NCBI GenBank assembly: GCA_011109175.1
Contig: RDEW01000058.1
Coordinates: 6,033-70,032 of the forward strand
DNA length: 64,000 nucleotides
Direction of reading: 5' to 3'
Source of the DNA: Dicyema japonicum
Taxonomy: Eukaryota > Animalia > Dicyemida
Below, piece after piece: positions 41,300-53,599 of this stretch. Position 1 is the stretch's first letter. The number at the start of each line of letters is the position of its first letter. The notes below the pieces were generated by a model that saw only the letters and a program-made list of their open reading frames with translations, had not been told where the DNA came from and did no database searches. The position numbers and the translations under genes are program-made.

Positions 41300-42390
41300 G
41301 TTATCTTTTGTTGTAATTGTAGCTGGTTTTGTAACCAATTTTAAATATGTAAAAGCAATAAGGAATAGAATTAATATATTATGCAAAATACCTAATAAAA
41401 TTGAATAAATAAATTAAATAGAATAAAGTAACTAAATCTTATTTCTAACCAAAATCCTTATTTTCTATAGTCATGTTAGCATTAATTAATTACGATTGCC
41501 ACACATGCCAAGCACGTTGTCTGGGTTTCTTATTGCACTACAGACTGAAATAATATTTATAATTACATATTCGATTTGTTGATTGGTAGTATTTCCTAAT
41601 TATATTAATATCAAAAAATACAGTCCATTATTACCTAGATATGTATTCTTGGTATCAGATTTATATCTAAATTAAATCTAATTCTATACGCTTGTGGTAT
41701 GTTAAATGGATCAAAACATAATGCAAGAATACTAATTTAATATTAAGAATACCCTTTTAATTCAATATGATAAGAAACAGCAATCCTAAAAGATTGTATA
41801 ATGGAATTAGTAGGGAAATAACTATAAATTAATAATATAACTTACACATATCCGAGTTTTATCAGGTTTTCTGCAAAATTTATATGAATAAATATAAGTG
41901 CGTGACAAGTTTCGAAATTTCTAAAAATTAAAATATATAAAACAATCCTAAAATTGTGATTGGAAATAAATTTGAATGAATAGTTGTAATACTACGATCT
42001 TCCGCGCATTGACTATGAATGATTTATATTATAATACAAATTTTTAAGATTCATTCTCTCAAATGATAGAATGTCTGCTGGCAGTAGAGTAATGTTGCTT
42101 GCATAAAGAATTGATATCTCTGAATCGTAGCTCAGTTTAGGATTACTGTCAAATTGACAGTCCGTCCAAAATCTGTGATAATAAATTGATTTAAATAATA
42201 CACTTTGTTCCTAACGATTGCTTGATCGTAACATTTCCTAATCATTGTCGAGTAAAAAAACATTGCTGTGAAGATAACGGAATTGTACATCAGAATTATT
42301 ATATCAATTTACGAAATTTGTGTTATAAACCAATTAATTAATTCATATCTCACCGTGAATAAAGTAGTCGTGGCGTGACACTTGTGCATA
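41300..42390 (-). pseudogene. Putative BspA-like LRR surface-protein pseudogene (copy C)
   Basis: Nearly identical to copy B, including the lost splice donor. Confidence 0.55.
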
Positions 42391-43879
42391 GCTTGAAAAT
42401 ATTTATTCCAATAAAACCTTCCCACGTGCTTGTTTTTATTTAAAGTGAAAGAAATTTACAACAATAGTGATTTTTTCTACAATGTCTTGAGAAATGGATG
42501 CAATCAAGTCAATTAATGTTATTAAGAAGTTTTACGACCACTACTTGGACATTTATAGAAAACAAATTTTTGTAAGAATCAATTTAAATTAATTTCACTT
42601 CAACATTGTTGTGGTAAATTACATGATATTTCTTTTGCATATAAATTTTTAATGGTACTAATGATTATTAGTTGAATTTAAATTTGAGATATTTATAGAT
42701 CTTGGTAATCTGCTTTATTACTTTGAGTAATATTCGCTCTATTGTTTTAGAAAGTAAAAAAATAAAGTGAAAACTATCACAAATGGCTGAATATTTCTAA
42801 AATGAGAGACCATTTCGCAAATCCGTACTGACAGTCTGAGATGTGTGATATAATAATTTATTTAATTGTGATATTTGTTTTTAACAAAAATATTGTATTA
42901 TATTACTTTTACAATTTATTTTTTCATGTTTTAGTTATTCATTGGCTTATAATATATTGTTTCCAATTCAATTGATAGTTAAACAGATCTGAATTGAAAA
43001 AAATATCATAAGTATTAACTGAGCAATCAATTTCTCTTCCAAATAATTACGTTGAGCTTTAAAATTAGAAGCGAATGAGTGCGCGGTTTTTTCAATTTTT
43101 TTTATGGTATTCTGCTAAAGTTGTTTCGGAATTTCCGAGTATCCCAGGCAAGATTGGGAGACTACCTCGAAATAGATGGCCTTTAATAGCGAAAACCTCT
43201 ACTGAAAAATTTCATACGTTAAGTCCATAGAAAATCAGAAGAGGTTGTCAAAATTTAAACCAAAGTGACCTATTGCTCAAATATCGGAGAACTTGGAAAT
43301 ATATTCAACAATCGGAATATCATATTAAGGAGATGCTATAGATGAGTTCTACTACCAAATTCGTGAAGTGATGTTGATCCCTCGTGATGGTCGTAAACCT
43401 ACGCAAATAGTTCAGTACCAACTTCTTAGAAAGGAGGTTGTATTTGCTAGTAACCCCGCAATCAAATTAAGTGTCCACCATAAACAATATTACAGATTTT
43501 ATTTTTTCTGGACAATTAATTATGTCAAATTAATAAAAATGGTACTAAATAAAAAACAAAGACAAATACAAGAGCAGCAATGCATAGCAACTCTTCCCGC
43601 CCTCCGGGAACTTCAATGGTTAAATCTTCACGAAAGAAGACAAGAAGCTGTGCATGACTGAAGAATCTAAATCCGCAAACGGAATCCCTATAAGGATGTC
43701 CAACTCATAACCAGATCAAGAAAGCTGAACCAATTAGTGAAACCGATACGAGAACGACCGACATACTCTGACAACCTGAATATGCAGATCTCAGTCGACT
43801 CTTCTATGAGCGCGATTAAGATCGCTAACGTATTGTACCTTTACGACAAATCACGATATATGAGCATGAGCCACAGAGG

Positions 43880-45450
43880 ATCGGCCACCTTCCGGCACGG
43901 ATTCTATAGCAACTCTGAAAAAATGGCCTTTATAGAAGCCGTGAACGATAATATCCTTTTTGGACAGTCATCTCTTCAGAATTATAACAACGAAGTCATT
44001 GGAGTTTGTAAAAAAACTTACCCTTTTGGGATGAGGCTAGCGACCTCCTGAAGTACCTCCAAAAGATGGCTCCATCCACTACGAAGGTCTCTCGAATGTC
44101 AAGAGGAGGACAGACGTTGCCAAAGGTCAAGGCGTAAGTTGGGAACAAATCAGAGGCCAAATCGCCAGTCCGCTGTGGATTTTCTATTGGAAGAAACGTG
44201 ATCACTTGCGAATGGATGCAAAGAGGGCCGTTGATCTGTTATTGCTGCCACCAAATCGAGCACTTGGCATACCAATGTGAGGAGAAGAAGTGTTTCCGAT
44301 GTGCAGAGGAACACGAGGTGGATCCAAGATCAAAAAAATTTGTGTCAACTGTGGATCTCCTAAGCACGGGGCCAGATATGGAGGGTGTCCATGATATTAG
44401 AAGCTAAACATGAACTTGATGCCCGCAACAACAAAATGGAATCAAGACAGAATGTTAACACCAAAGTTGAACCAATAACGAAACACCGCTCAAAAGAAAC
44501 ACGGTTTAGAGCCAATGAAACCGACAGAGAGAAGAATAATCGGCCTCCAAAAATTAAAAATGAACTGGTTCAACAGACACGAGAATCGGTTTGGTAGACT
44601 TAGAACAACATGCCTGAAAAGATCTCCAAATAACTAGAGGATGTAATCTCAAAGTTACAGGAACTCAGTAAAATCCTAGGAGTGGATATAAAAAAGATGG
44701 TGGACCTGCAATGGAGAGTCCAGGCCACCTAAAAAACAATTGAAGAGGTCTAAAAATAGTGTCGGTACTGCCCGATCTCTGAAAAAAAGCATCATGATCA
44801 AACACTGCTTTTGACAGCCATCGGGATTGACTTCCTGGTGGTCAAAGTAAAAAAAGACAAACACTACTAAAATGGAAGGATTCAACTCTATAGTAATACC
44901 CTGGACGGAAGGCTGCGACTGGTAGGGAAACCACCCTTTTCTACCGTGATGACCATCAAGCATGGAACCCGAATATCATCACAATTTCACAATGCGAATT
45001 CGTGTCCATTGAGATACGTTGCTGTGGCTCGTGGATAAGTATCGGGGTCTATATTCAAAAAGTATCACAAACTGTTCTTCACAGATCATAGAATTTTTTG
45101 AAAAAAATAAAATGTCAATTTTGGTGGGCGACCTAAACGGCAACAACGTTGTCAAACTTTGTTTGTCAATTACACGTGCTGCTTCAGGAAATCCTTTAAG
45201 GAGCGCTGATACTGCACTTCTGATTTAACCTTATGTTCCCTCTATAGCAGAATTACTACATGAATGTGAACTATGGTTTTTCCAGCGACATGATCCCATC
45301 GTTTCTTATGTTAAGAGGATTTCGGAGACGCCGGACATTGCAGACCGAAGTGAATAGTTTCAAAAATTAAAGAAGGTGACTAGTCTGGCTTCGCCTCAAC
45401 GGGAAAAGTTCATCTCATCAATTTTGAAACACTAAAACAAATAAAATCAG
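43880..45450 (+). mobile_element. Degraded 5' part of an I/Jockey-group LINE (ORF1 with three CCHC knuckles plus APE fragment)
   Basis: 'CYCCHQIEHLAYQC', 'KCFRCAEEH' and 'CVNCGSPKHGARYGGCP' (frameshifted), then 'SILVGDLNG' (APE GDxN motif). Confidence 0.75.
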
Positions 45451-46679
45451 AGTTGGGAGATGCAAATGGAACAGGTAACCTTTTCTAGAACACATTTGTT
45501 ATATACACCACAACTTACTTATAAACATTACGCTGCGATCAGCTTCAAGAAAAAAAGTAAAATTATTTTTTAAATTAAATTTGAGCACCTAACATAAACA
45601 AATTAAAATACCCTTAGATTCCGTCAAATCCATCCATTCAATAAGCTTAGTATCAAGTTAGGAAATTTTAACGATTTGCATGTCTTTGTTGAAGGAATAT
45701 AATTTTTAGATGTTTTTAATATGGACTCGGGAATTAAGAATATTATTCACTATTTTTCTTGAAATTCGAATATTAAATAAATTAGAAATCTGTGAGCGAT
45801 TGTTTGGAATGATGTAGTATTATTCTCCTCTTTATATCTCAAAATTTCGAGTTTTTGGAAACATAAAGCCTTGTATGATTGCAACGATTTTTTGATTGAA
45901 CTGGTGAGGTGGCTTTTAAATTATGTCTTTTTCACAAGTGTGGCACAAACGGGACCTTAGTTAATATAGCGTTCTTTGGTACTGTGAAAGTCCTTTTAAG
46001 AATAATAATTGCAACGAGAAGCTTTCGACACATGGTAAATTTTTTAGTTTTAAATTTTGATTTTTAATAAAATAATGAAAAAGATTATTAAAAATAAATT
46101 TTATGTTTTTTAATAATATGTGGCCAATTTGAGAACTGGCCAATTTCTTTGCCAGCTTAAGGCTCTTCCAGAGCTAGTGGGAGTGTGAAATGAACTTGCG
46201 TGGTAGTCTTTTATAGAAACCTGTCTTTAAGTCACAGGAGATTTTCAAAAGAAAAATTATTAGGGCAACGAGTGATCTGTTTTGAATTCTATTATCCATC
46301 CGCTCCAGTCCCAATGACCGGAGTCGTCAGAAACAGATATACGGTCATGTTTCTATGAGAACCTCAGAGATAATAAAATACTATGCCGGTCTCCTCCTTC
46401 AAAAGACAAATCTAAATCTTCTCTTTATCTTAATTACCGCTAGTCTCCTACAAGTTAGTGATACCGGGGTTACTTAACTAACTAAAATACTTTGTCCTTT
46501 GCTACTTTAGTCGAAAGGTACGCCTTAAAATATGGTTTTATTATTGGGGTTAATCCTTGTTGAAGGTAACTATTATTATGTCTATAGAGTGGTCTTCATT
46601 AATGGGAAGTATTTTTTCTAAAATGTAATTTCATCTTTGCGCGCCGGGTCTGCTGTGAGTATTACAAAAGATTCTAAAA

Positions 46680-46790
46680 GGAAGAAGTACGCGGCATTGG
46701 AGATCGGCGGTATTGAGACGTCTGGCGTTATTGGCCCTGAGTTTATCGATTTATCGGTTGTCTTGCAGGAAGCGGAAGGAAGAGCCTAAA
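46680..46790 (+). mobile_element. Short CRE-type 3' remnant
   Basis: 'KRKKYAALE...IETSGVIGPE'. Confidence 0.45.
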
Positions 46791-46902
46791 ATGGCACGAT
46801 GACTATTCCAAATAAATGGACTCGGCTTCATGATGAGTAACTCCCGTTGTACGCTTAATGTATGGAGTTTTATCAGAGTTCATATCAGTTATTTCACGTT
46901 AA

Positions 46903-47350
46903 TTAATTATTTATAAGATTCAGCGAGAGGTATTTTGTTTCACATTGTGGTCCCAGCATGCGTATTGTTTTCCTTTGCAGTAAGTTTAGTTTTTGGATAG
47001 TAGCCTCTGATAACGCGAATCTCCACGCAGCAGAAGCATATTCGACAGCCGGCGCGATTGTCTGGTGGTACATGGTTCCGATTGCTTTATTCATATTCGC
47101 TGGGGTCTTCTGGATGAGGGCCCGTGTGATATTCAATTTCTGTAGTCCTTTGGTGAAGACTTGTTTGGGATGGTCGGTAAAATTAAGCAGCCTGTCGTAT
47201 GTCACTTCCAGGATCGTGGGGTTTTTTGTGACAGGTATCCGAGTATGTCCGATGAAGATTTCTGGTTCTTTTTTGGACCGCCGGTCGGAGGTGAATAGAG
47301 TGCATGATGATTTTAGAGCCGATACCGAGAGACGGCTATAATCAAATCTG
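46903..47350 (-). mobile_element. I/Jockey-group RT C-terminal fragment
   Basis: 'PTILEVTYDRLLNF', 'MYHQTIAPAVEYASAAW' and 'KLNLLQRKTIRM'. Confidence 0.75.
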
Positions 47351-47751
47351 CAGCGACTGTAAGTAAATAATACAGTAATACAAAGATAATACATCCATCT
47401 TCCTAATTACAAAGCTCTCCCTGGAGGATAATCATTTCTTGCACACTAAGCTCTCTATCGGTAATCTGTACTTTGTATCATAATTAGTATCGTAATGACA
47501 GCGAATCCAATCTCTGTGATATGAAAAATTTTAAATACTACAAGAATCTATCTCTGACCACTCGTGCATCACTACAATTTCCAGTCATAATTGAATGAAA
47601 ACACATTGATAAAATGAATAAATGCTGCATTAATAATAATAACAGTTTTTTCACGGAGCCGTGGTATTAGCTCCGCATAGGCAGGACACACACTTTATTT
47701 AAGTAAAGAACAGTTAATTTTAACTAATCGTAGAACCAAGGAATATCTTCA

Positions 47752-47938
47752 CTTCTATTTTTTTCTTGTCTGTGGGTCCTTTCTAGACAATCCAGTTCCG
47801 CAGTGAGAGTCCACTAATGACGGCGTCACTCGTCAAGCCTTTTTTAGCATCGTAGATGCGTGGAACCTTCCACCAGGTGAACAACAGCGAGATTCGAACC
47901 CGTAACCTAAGTCACTTTAGCCCGACATCTAACACCTT
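47752..47938 (-). mobile_element. tRNA-derived SINE, copy 2
   Basis: Reverse complement GGTGTTAGATGTCGGGCTAAAGTGACTTAGGTTACGGGTTCGAATCTCGCTG plus body and A-rich end; matches 2733-2922. Confidence 0.7.
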
Positions 47939-48059
47939 AAGACCTTCCTTCTCTGAATCCACTTTGTCTAGGTGATAAGAATTTGTTGACTATTTTTATG
48001 AGGAGTGCCCAAAATCAAAGCCGTCGTATTCTTCAGTAGACTAAACGTTACTCCACAAA

Positions 48060-48560
48060 GTATTGTCTGCATCTTAATTATCTCCTCTCTGAGTTTTTCG
48101 GCATACTCTTTCATCTTTGTTCCATATAAATTCCTTAAAGCTTTGGGTTTCCACGTCTAGCAGTTTATACAAACTCTCTAAGAAAAATCGAGTGATCGCT
48201 AGTTTGTGTTCACTGGACGTTTCGAGGCCATCATAAAATATCGAGTTTAGTATAAAGGTTTTAGTTACTTTTACACAAGACATAGTCGACTTGGTTGAAT
48301 ATTTTTATCAGGTCCCCATTGTTATCCTTACTTGAACAGTCACAGTAATTTTGTCTTGCTGGGTGATCAAAGGCAGTATTCGCAATAATAGGATTCGCAT
48401 AATTGGACTAATGAAACACCAGAGGAATTTCGGCAGCTCCGAGAATGCGATCCAATACAAGTCTCTCTATTCCTCACTTCACAAACTCTAGCATTCCAGT
48501 CACAACCAATGAACATCAAAAATGATAGCGAAAGTGAGTCATATGTTCTAGTCATACATG
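48060..48560 (-). mobile_element. RTE APE-domain remnant
   Basis: 'FIGCDWNARVCEVRNRETCIGSHSRSCRNSSG' and 'GLETSSEHKL' align with the intact RTE. Confidence 0.7.
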
Positions 48561-48699
48561 AGAGAACGCATCGAGCTCTTCCGAGGTAGGCATCAACCCG
48601 GGCAGAGGTCGGAGCATAGACATTGGTAATAGAAATACGAATTGGGTTTTGTTCCGAACTTGAGTTGCATGACTACAAGCACACACACGTGTAAAAGGT

Positions 48700-49330
48700 T
48701 GACAGCATATCCAAGACTATAATGTCGAAATTCTGAGTCCAAGAAAGTTACCACCTCAACAAAAAATTTAATTTCAAAGTTAAAGTAAAGAAATTTTACA
48801 AATTTTGGTAATGTTGTATTTGAGTGACCTATATTTTTTTGGTGGGATTGACTGATATGCCAGTCATCCATCGGTCATAATTCTCGTCCCAGGAAATATG
48901 TGTCTTGTAATCACATCTTTCAAGGTTTCCGTCGATCTACAATGTTCAATATTTTTAAATAAACCTATCTTGAACCTCTGCAAGAAAACAGCGCCCTGTT
49001 CCGCGCTCGATTTCTCCAAGGACCCAATTACCTTCCCACCATTGACCGCGATGGTATTTGCGGTGGAAGAATTTAAACTTGTCGATTTCCACGACATTTG
49101 GTTCTATTAATTAGCAAAATAAATTTAAACGATTGTTTTTGTCAAGTCCACTAAGCAACTTTGGGACTGTCTCGAAACATGTCTCGCATGTTTTTCGACA
49201 AAAGTTATTCCAATCCACAACAGTTTTCTTGGATATTTCGAGTTCGAAAGCTACTTCGCAAACGAGATGTCTTTCGCCCACATACGCGTTAGCTCCAAAA
49301 TTGTTCTAAGACTTAGATGGCTACCTAAAA
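48700..49330 (-). mobile_element. Merlin/IS1595-like DDE transposase pseudogene
   Basis: 'KTVVDWNNFCR', 'VVEIDKFKFFHRKYHRG...WVLGEIERGTGRCF' and 'TLKDVITRHIFPGTRIMTDGWLAY' are Merlin/ISXO2 motifs, broken by frameshifts. Confidence 0.85.
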
Positions 49331-49339
49331 AATTAACAA

Positions 49340-49535
49340 AGATGCACTACCTTCAAACCATGAGTGACTATCTAGAAAATGAGGGGAATCTATGGAGAAT
49401 GAGACCGTCCCCGTTTTTACCAATTCTGTTGGATCTTCGAGGACCCCGAACGACAGCCAGAACCCGGAAAACCGGGATCACTTAGTTAGTAGTTAACTTT
49501 TACTAATCCGGTGATCTTGGAGTAAAAAATCTATT
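49340..49535 (+). mobile_element. LINE 3' end with stem-loop
   Basis: Frame ends '...RKTGIT*' on GGGATCACTTAG. Stem 49472-49482 / 49510-49520. Confidence 0.65.
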
Positions 49536-49749
49536 CATTTATTAAGGGTATAACAGGACTATCTAATTCATTGATCCTTACGCGTTCCAGTGGAACTATC
49601 ATTCAAGCACAGTAATCCAGAGCATATCGTCAGGAAAGCTGAGGTCGATGCCAGAACTCGTCTCCACGGAGCGAAATAGTCTTCATCTTGATTAACCTGT
49701 TTAGGCTTTCGGCCTGGCCTCAGCCAACAAAAGACCTGACAAGATAACT

Positions 49750-50265
49750 TTTTTCCAATGGGAAAGCGGTGGATACCTCGCCTGAGACGCCACCCATGTG
49801 GATGGCCTTTCCCATCCAACTTTGCACTGACGGCAACTCACCTAGGTTCAGCCTCAAAAATGGGCAAGATGACAACAACCCCTTTTGCTAATGATCGGAA
49901 CCTGCATGGTTCAATGAATTGTTTGTGCATTACGTTTAGGACGCTAAGTGTGTTTATACGTCCTCTCCGAAAAATTTGACAACTTTAGTCTCGGACCAAG
50001 GCCATGCTTCTAAGTAAGCAGAGAATCAAAAGAGAAAGAAATACTGAAGTATTTCAGAGCATAATTTTTTTGACCCATTTGCTGTTGAGACATCATGAAT
50101 CATTGGTCCACAAGCTGACGATCTTGTCCATCGGATCAACTCAATGATTCAAAGGGTCACCAAGGATCCACGTGAGACTGGATGGCTTGAGAGCGTACCT
50201 CGATAGCTATCGTCAGAGGAAAGATGGGATTAGTTAATTTGTTGTACCCTTTGTCTTTGAATAAT
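49750..50265 (+). mobile_element. CRE-clade 3' remnant (short inverted piece also at about 50900-50975)
   Basis: 'DAKCVYTSSPKNL...GHASK.AENQKRKKY...FDPFAVETS.IIGP'. Confidence 0.6.
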
Positions 50266-50664
50266 TTCATTGAAATGTTATTAACCATCTGCATGGCCGT
50301 AGCATGTTAATCACTGACTCCTATAAATTAAAAAATTGATAATAATTTATGCCAATAATACAAAATCTGTGTCCAAGTACAAAACACAACATTAAATTGT
50401 TGATCTATAACCAAGTACATGCTAATTATTATAGCAACACACGTAAACCCATAGTATTTTTAGTTGTACATGTAGGGACATGCCTATATTGCACACGTGT
50501 CTAAAAGGTGTATGAGACACCAAACTTATAAATCATTAATTGACCTGAAATAACGATATGAACTCCGATCACAACTGCAGCTCTGATCACAAATTCTACA
50601 ATGATACTGCACTTTACGGAGAGCCATATTAGTTGTAGCTCCTCCTAGGAGGACACACAATATA

Positions 50665-50790
50665 CAATTATTATTAAAAGCACTCCCGAGAAAACATAAA
50701 GTTAATTAAGTCTCCCTTGTGCCGTATTCCCAATCATCCTCGACCATACTCTTCTGTTGCGCAGCAGTCTCTCTGGTCGTCCAGCTTTTC
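50665..50790 (-). mobile_element. 5'-truncated RTE 3' end
   Basis: GCACTCCCGAGAA...CTCCCTTGTGCCGTATT matches 14581-14630 of the full-length element, with a (AAT)n tail. Confidence 0.75.
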
Positions 50791-51429
50791 CGCCGAAGTT
50801 AGTAAAAACTCAAAAATAGCTTTTTTCAAGTTTCTTTTTTGTTGATAAAAAAATTAATTCTAATAAAAAAGTTATGCAGCTTGAATGGAAATGCTGTTTC
50901 CTCTGACGACAGCGATCGATATACGCTCTCAAGACGTCCAGTCTCACGTGGATCCTTGTTGACCCTTTGGACCAGTAAGCCAAAGTATTTACCTTCTTAT
51001 GAAAGGAAAATGATATTCGACCAAGCATTAGTGACCTTTCTGATCCTAGAGTCGGTAGATGGAATAAGAAAATCAGATATTTTTTACAGTGGCACCTGTG
51101 AAATTGTAATAAAGTGTTAGTTTGAAATGTTTCTTAGACGAAATGTTCAATAAAAAGCTGTTGTTAGACAATTCGTGAGTTAATAGAAAATTCTTTAGAT
51201 TTTTTCAAATAACAGTATTGACTTTTCTGATTGAACGTGGCGTAACAGCTGATGACAGTATTTTAGCAAAAAATTTTACAAAAAAACTTGAAAAATTAAT
51301 AAATAAAAATTTAATAAAAATTTGACTTTATTGAATAAAAATAATAATAACACCAGAGATTACTGTTACACGAACTAATCACGTGATCCCAATCGATCTC
51401 AGGTCATACAGATCGTCTCCCGTCCTTAC

Positions 51430-51760
51430 GTATTTCCTCACTCTTTGGAGTTCTTTGTGCAGTATAATATTAGTGTTATCCTTGGACGGCCACTGAAGCA
51501 TTTCCCTTTAAACATAAAGTGATCCTTTAAGGCAGCGAGTTCCACACACAAGATGCGTCCAAACAGTCTCCACCCGGCGACAATGATGTCCAATCTTAGA
51601 GGCCTGCTATGCATTAAAAAATAAATTCCAGCATTTAAAATCCTGGCAGGCCACTCCATGACAAATAACACTCTAAACTATCTTCTGTGAAACGTATCGA
51701 TAGCCTTTCGATTCCGCAATCTAACAGGCCCAAGTACCACCATTACACGTTACTTTCACA
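51430..51760 (-). mobile_element. RTE RT C-terminal remnant
   Basis: 'IDTFHRR', 'WRLFGRIL' and 'GRPRITL'. Confidence 0.6.
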
Positions 51761-51831
51761 AAAGCATTAAAAATGGGCATCCGAGATCAGCAATACAAAA
51801 CCCAATAAAAAACCAAATAAAGATTTATTAA

Positions 51832-52693
51832 TTAAATAATAATCAATCTATTTAATAAACTAAGAATAGTAAGGAATAGGTTGACAAAATCACAATACAA
51901 ATTGAGTGCAGCCCACACATAATCCTCAGGTGAAATGGTATGCTTTCTCTGTCCATCCATCAACATTTGAGTGTCAATCACAATATACTACAATCAGTCT
52001 CCGTCAAACCCAAGAGAATATCAAGGCAGACAGACATGCGTACACCTTGTGTAACACAGGCACGTGAGAGATCGGGAATATCAGTCCAAACAGAACCAAC
52101 ACCAAAAGTGCGCAGAAAGCTACTCCAGCTGTTTTCGTAAAGTCGATCTAAAATCAACCAGACGACACCTTTGTCTGAAAACTGAACAAGGTAAGCCCAA
52201 TAGCCATAACAGCGGTCACTCCCATGGCGATCAGCACAGCATTGATTTTATAGTAACTACAATAATCCCCAAGTAAACCAGGTTATAGCCCCCATGTAGT
52301 TGGAGAAGAAAAATGTCTAAATAAATCTAAAAACCAACAAATAAGAAAAGCATAATGTAATTTTGAGGAACTTTGCGAATGTAAGAGGAGCAACAAATGT
52401 TAATGAGTAGCATCACAATGACCAAGGCCCTATGTTTATTCGTGGGAATACATATTTGTGTACATAAACCAAACGTGGGCTATCATGTAGTTTCGAATCT
52501 CATGTCTATGGGTCAGTTTGTAAAATTACGTGAATATAAAAAGACAGATTATGCCGACTGAGTATAGCAGTTGAAGTGATAATAGTGAATACACTTTTCT
52601 GATGAATCCTATTTTTAGGATAATGCAAGTACCTCGGCGAATTGATTTGTCACTAAAATCACAGGTATTTTCTTCAGCTGATAAATAGTCCAT
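51832..52693 (-). CDS. TMBIM: Lifeguard/TMBIM membrane protein, intact paralog, 234 aa, 8 exons
   Basis: Seven introns (24,24,22,22,22,21,22 nt) leave 705 nt in frame: 'MDYLSAEENTCDFSDKSIRRGFIRKVYSLL...NYMGAITCYYKINAVLIAMG...YIVIDTQ...SPEDYVWAALNLYCDFVNLFL...'. Confidence 0.93.
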
Positions 52694-53599
52694 GAAAACC
52701 TAAATAAAATTATGACTCACAAAGACTATAATATATATTTTTATATATTTATTCAAAAAATTAGAAATCAAATATACTAAATAAATAAATTTAAATTTTT
52801 CAAAATATCTCCATAATTTATATTTTAAAATTTTAGCTTTTTATTTAAGAAGAAAATCAATATTTTCAAAACAGCTAAAGTCCTTTAACTACGAGGCCAG
52901 ATGAGCACTTCTTCGATCACTGCCATTTTTTATTTAGTGGGCGATTGAATTTAAAAATTTTTATTCTGACATACTATTTTTGATCATTTCGAGTATAAGA
53001 AAATAATAGAAAAATCAATAACAAGTTCAGAATTGACCGAATAAATATAAAAATCAATATTTGGGTGAATCTACTGTAGCTCAAGGGCGGGTTTCTATCA
53101 AAGACTACTACCCCAGTTCCCATTGTTCACTTTCTCATTAGGTCCGTCAGAGTCTTAAGGTTGGGAGTTTGTTTTGTTTACTGACAGATAACAAAAATAA
53201 AAGAAATACAAATAGATAATAGTTTATAAACGAAACCGTCAATGACACTATTATGTTGACAATCACATATATTATTTATTCTTACATAATAAGCCGCACA
53301 TTCACATTCTGAGACAATGATATTATTAAAAACAATTTAAATAAACAGAGATGTTTCTCAGCGCCTTGGAATTGTATCGTGCTAATATTGACTGTCTTCT
53401 GGTTCTGATTTGATTATATTTTTAATAAAGATATTAGGATTTAAAAATATTAATATTAGAAGAAAAAAATCACACATCGGCCGTCAATAGACGGAAGGTA
53501 TTTCCGCCAACGATTTCAATTCCGAGGCGTTCATGGAACAATACCGCTCCCTAAAAATGATTAAATAGTAATCACACAGTTAATTAGTCAAAAATTTGT

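Larger units (their letters stand above)
29500..43875. repeat. Tandem segmental array, about 3 units of ~4.7-4.9 kb
   Basis: The anchor GAGTGAATCACATGCTTTCTTATCGTCAATC starts at 31499, 36400 and 41109. TMBIM 5' half recurs at 29500, 34900 and 39590. The third unit ends near 43875 at a LINE ORF1 remnant. Confidence 0.95.
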
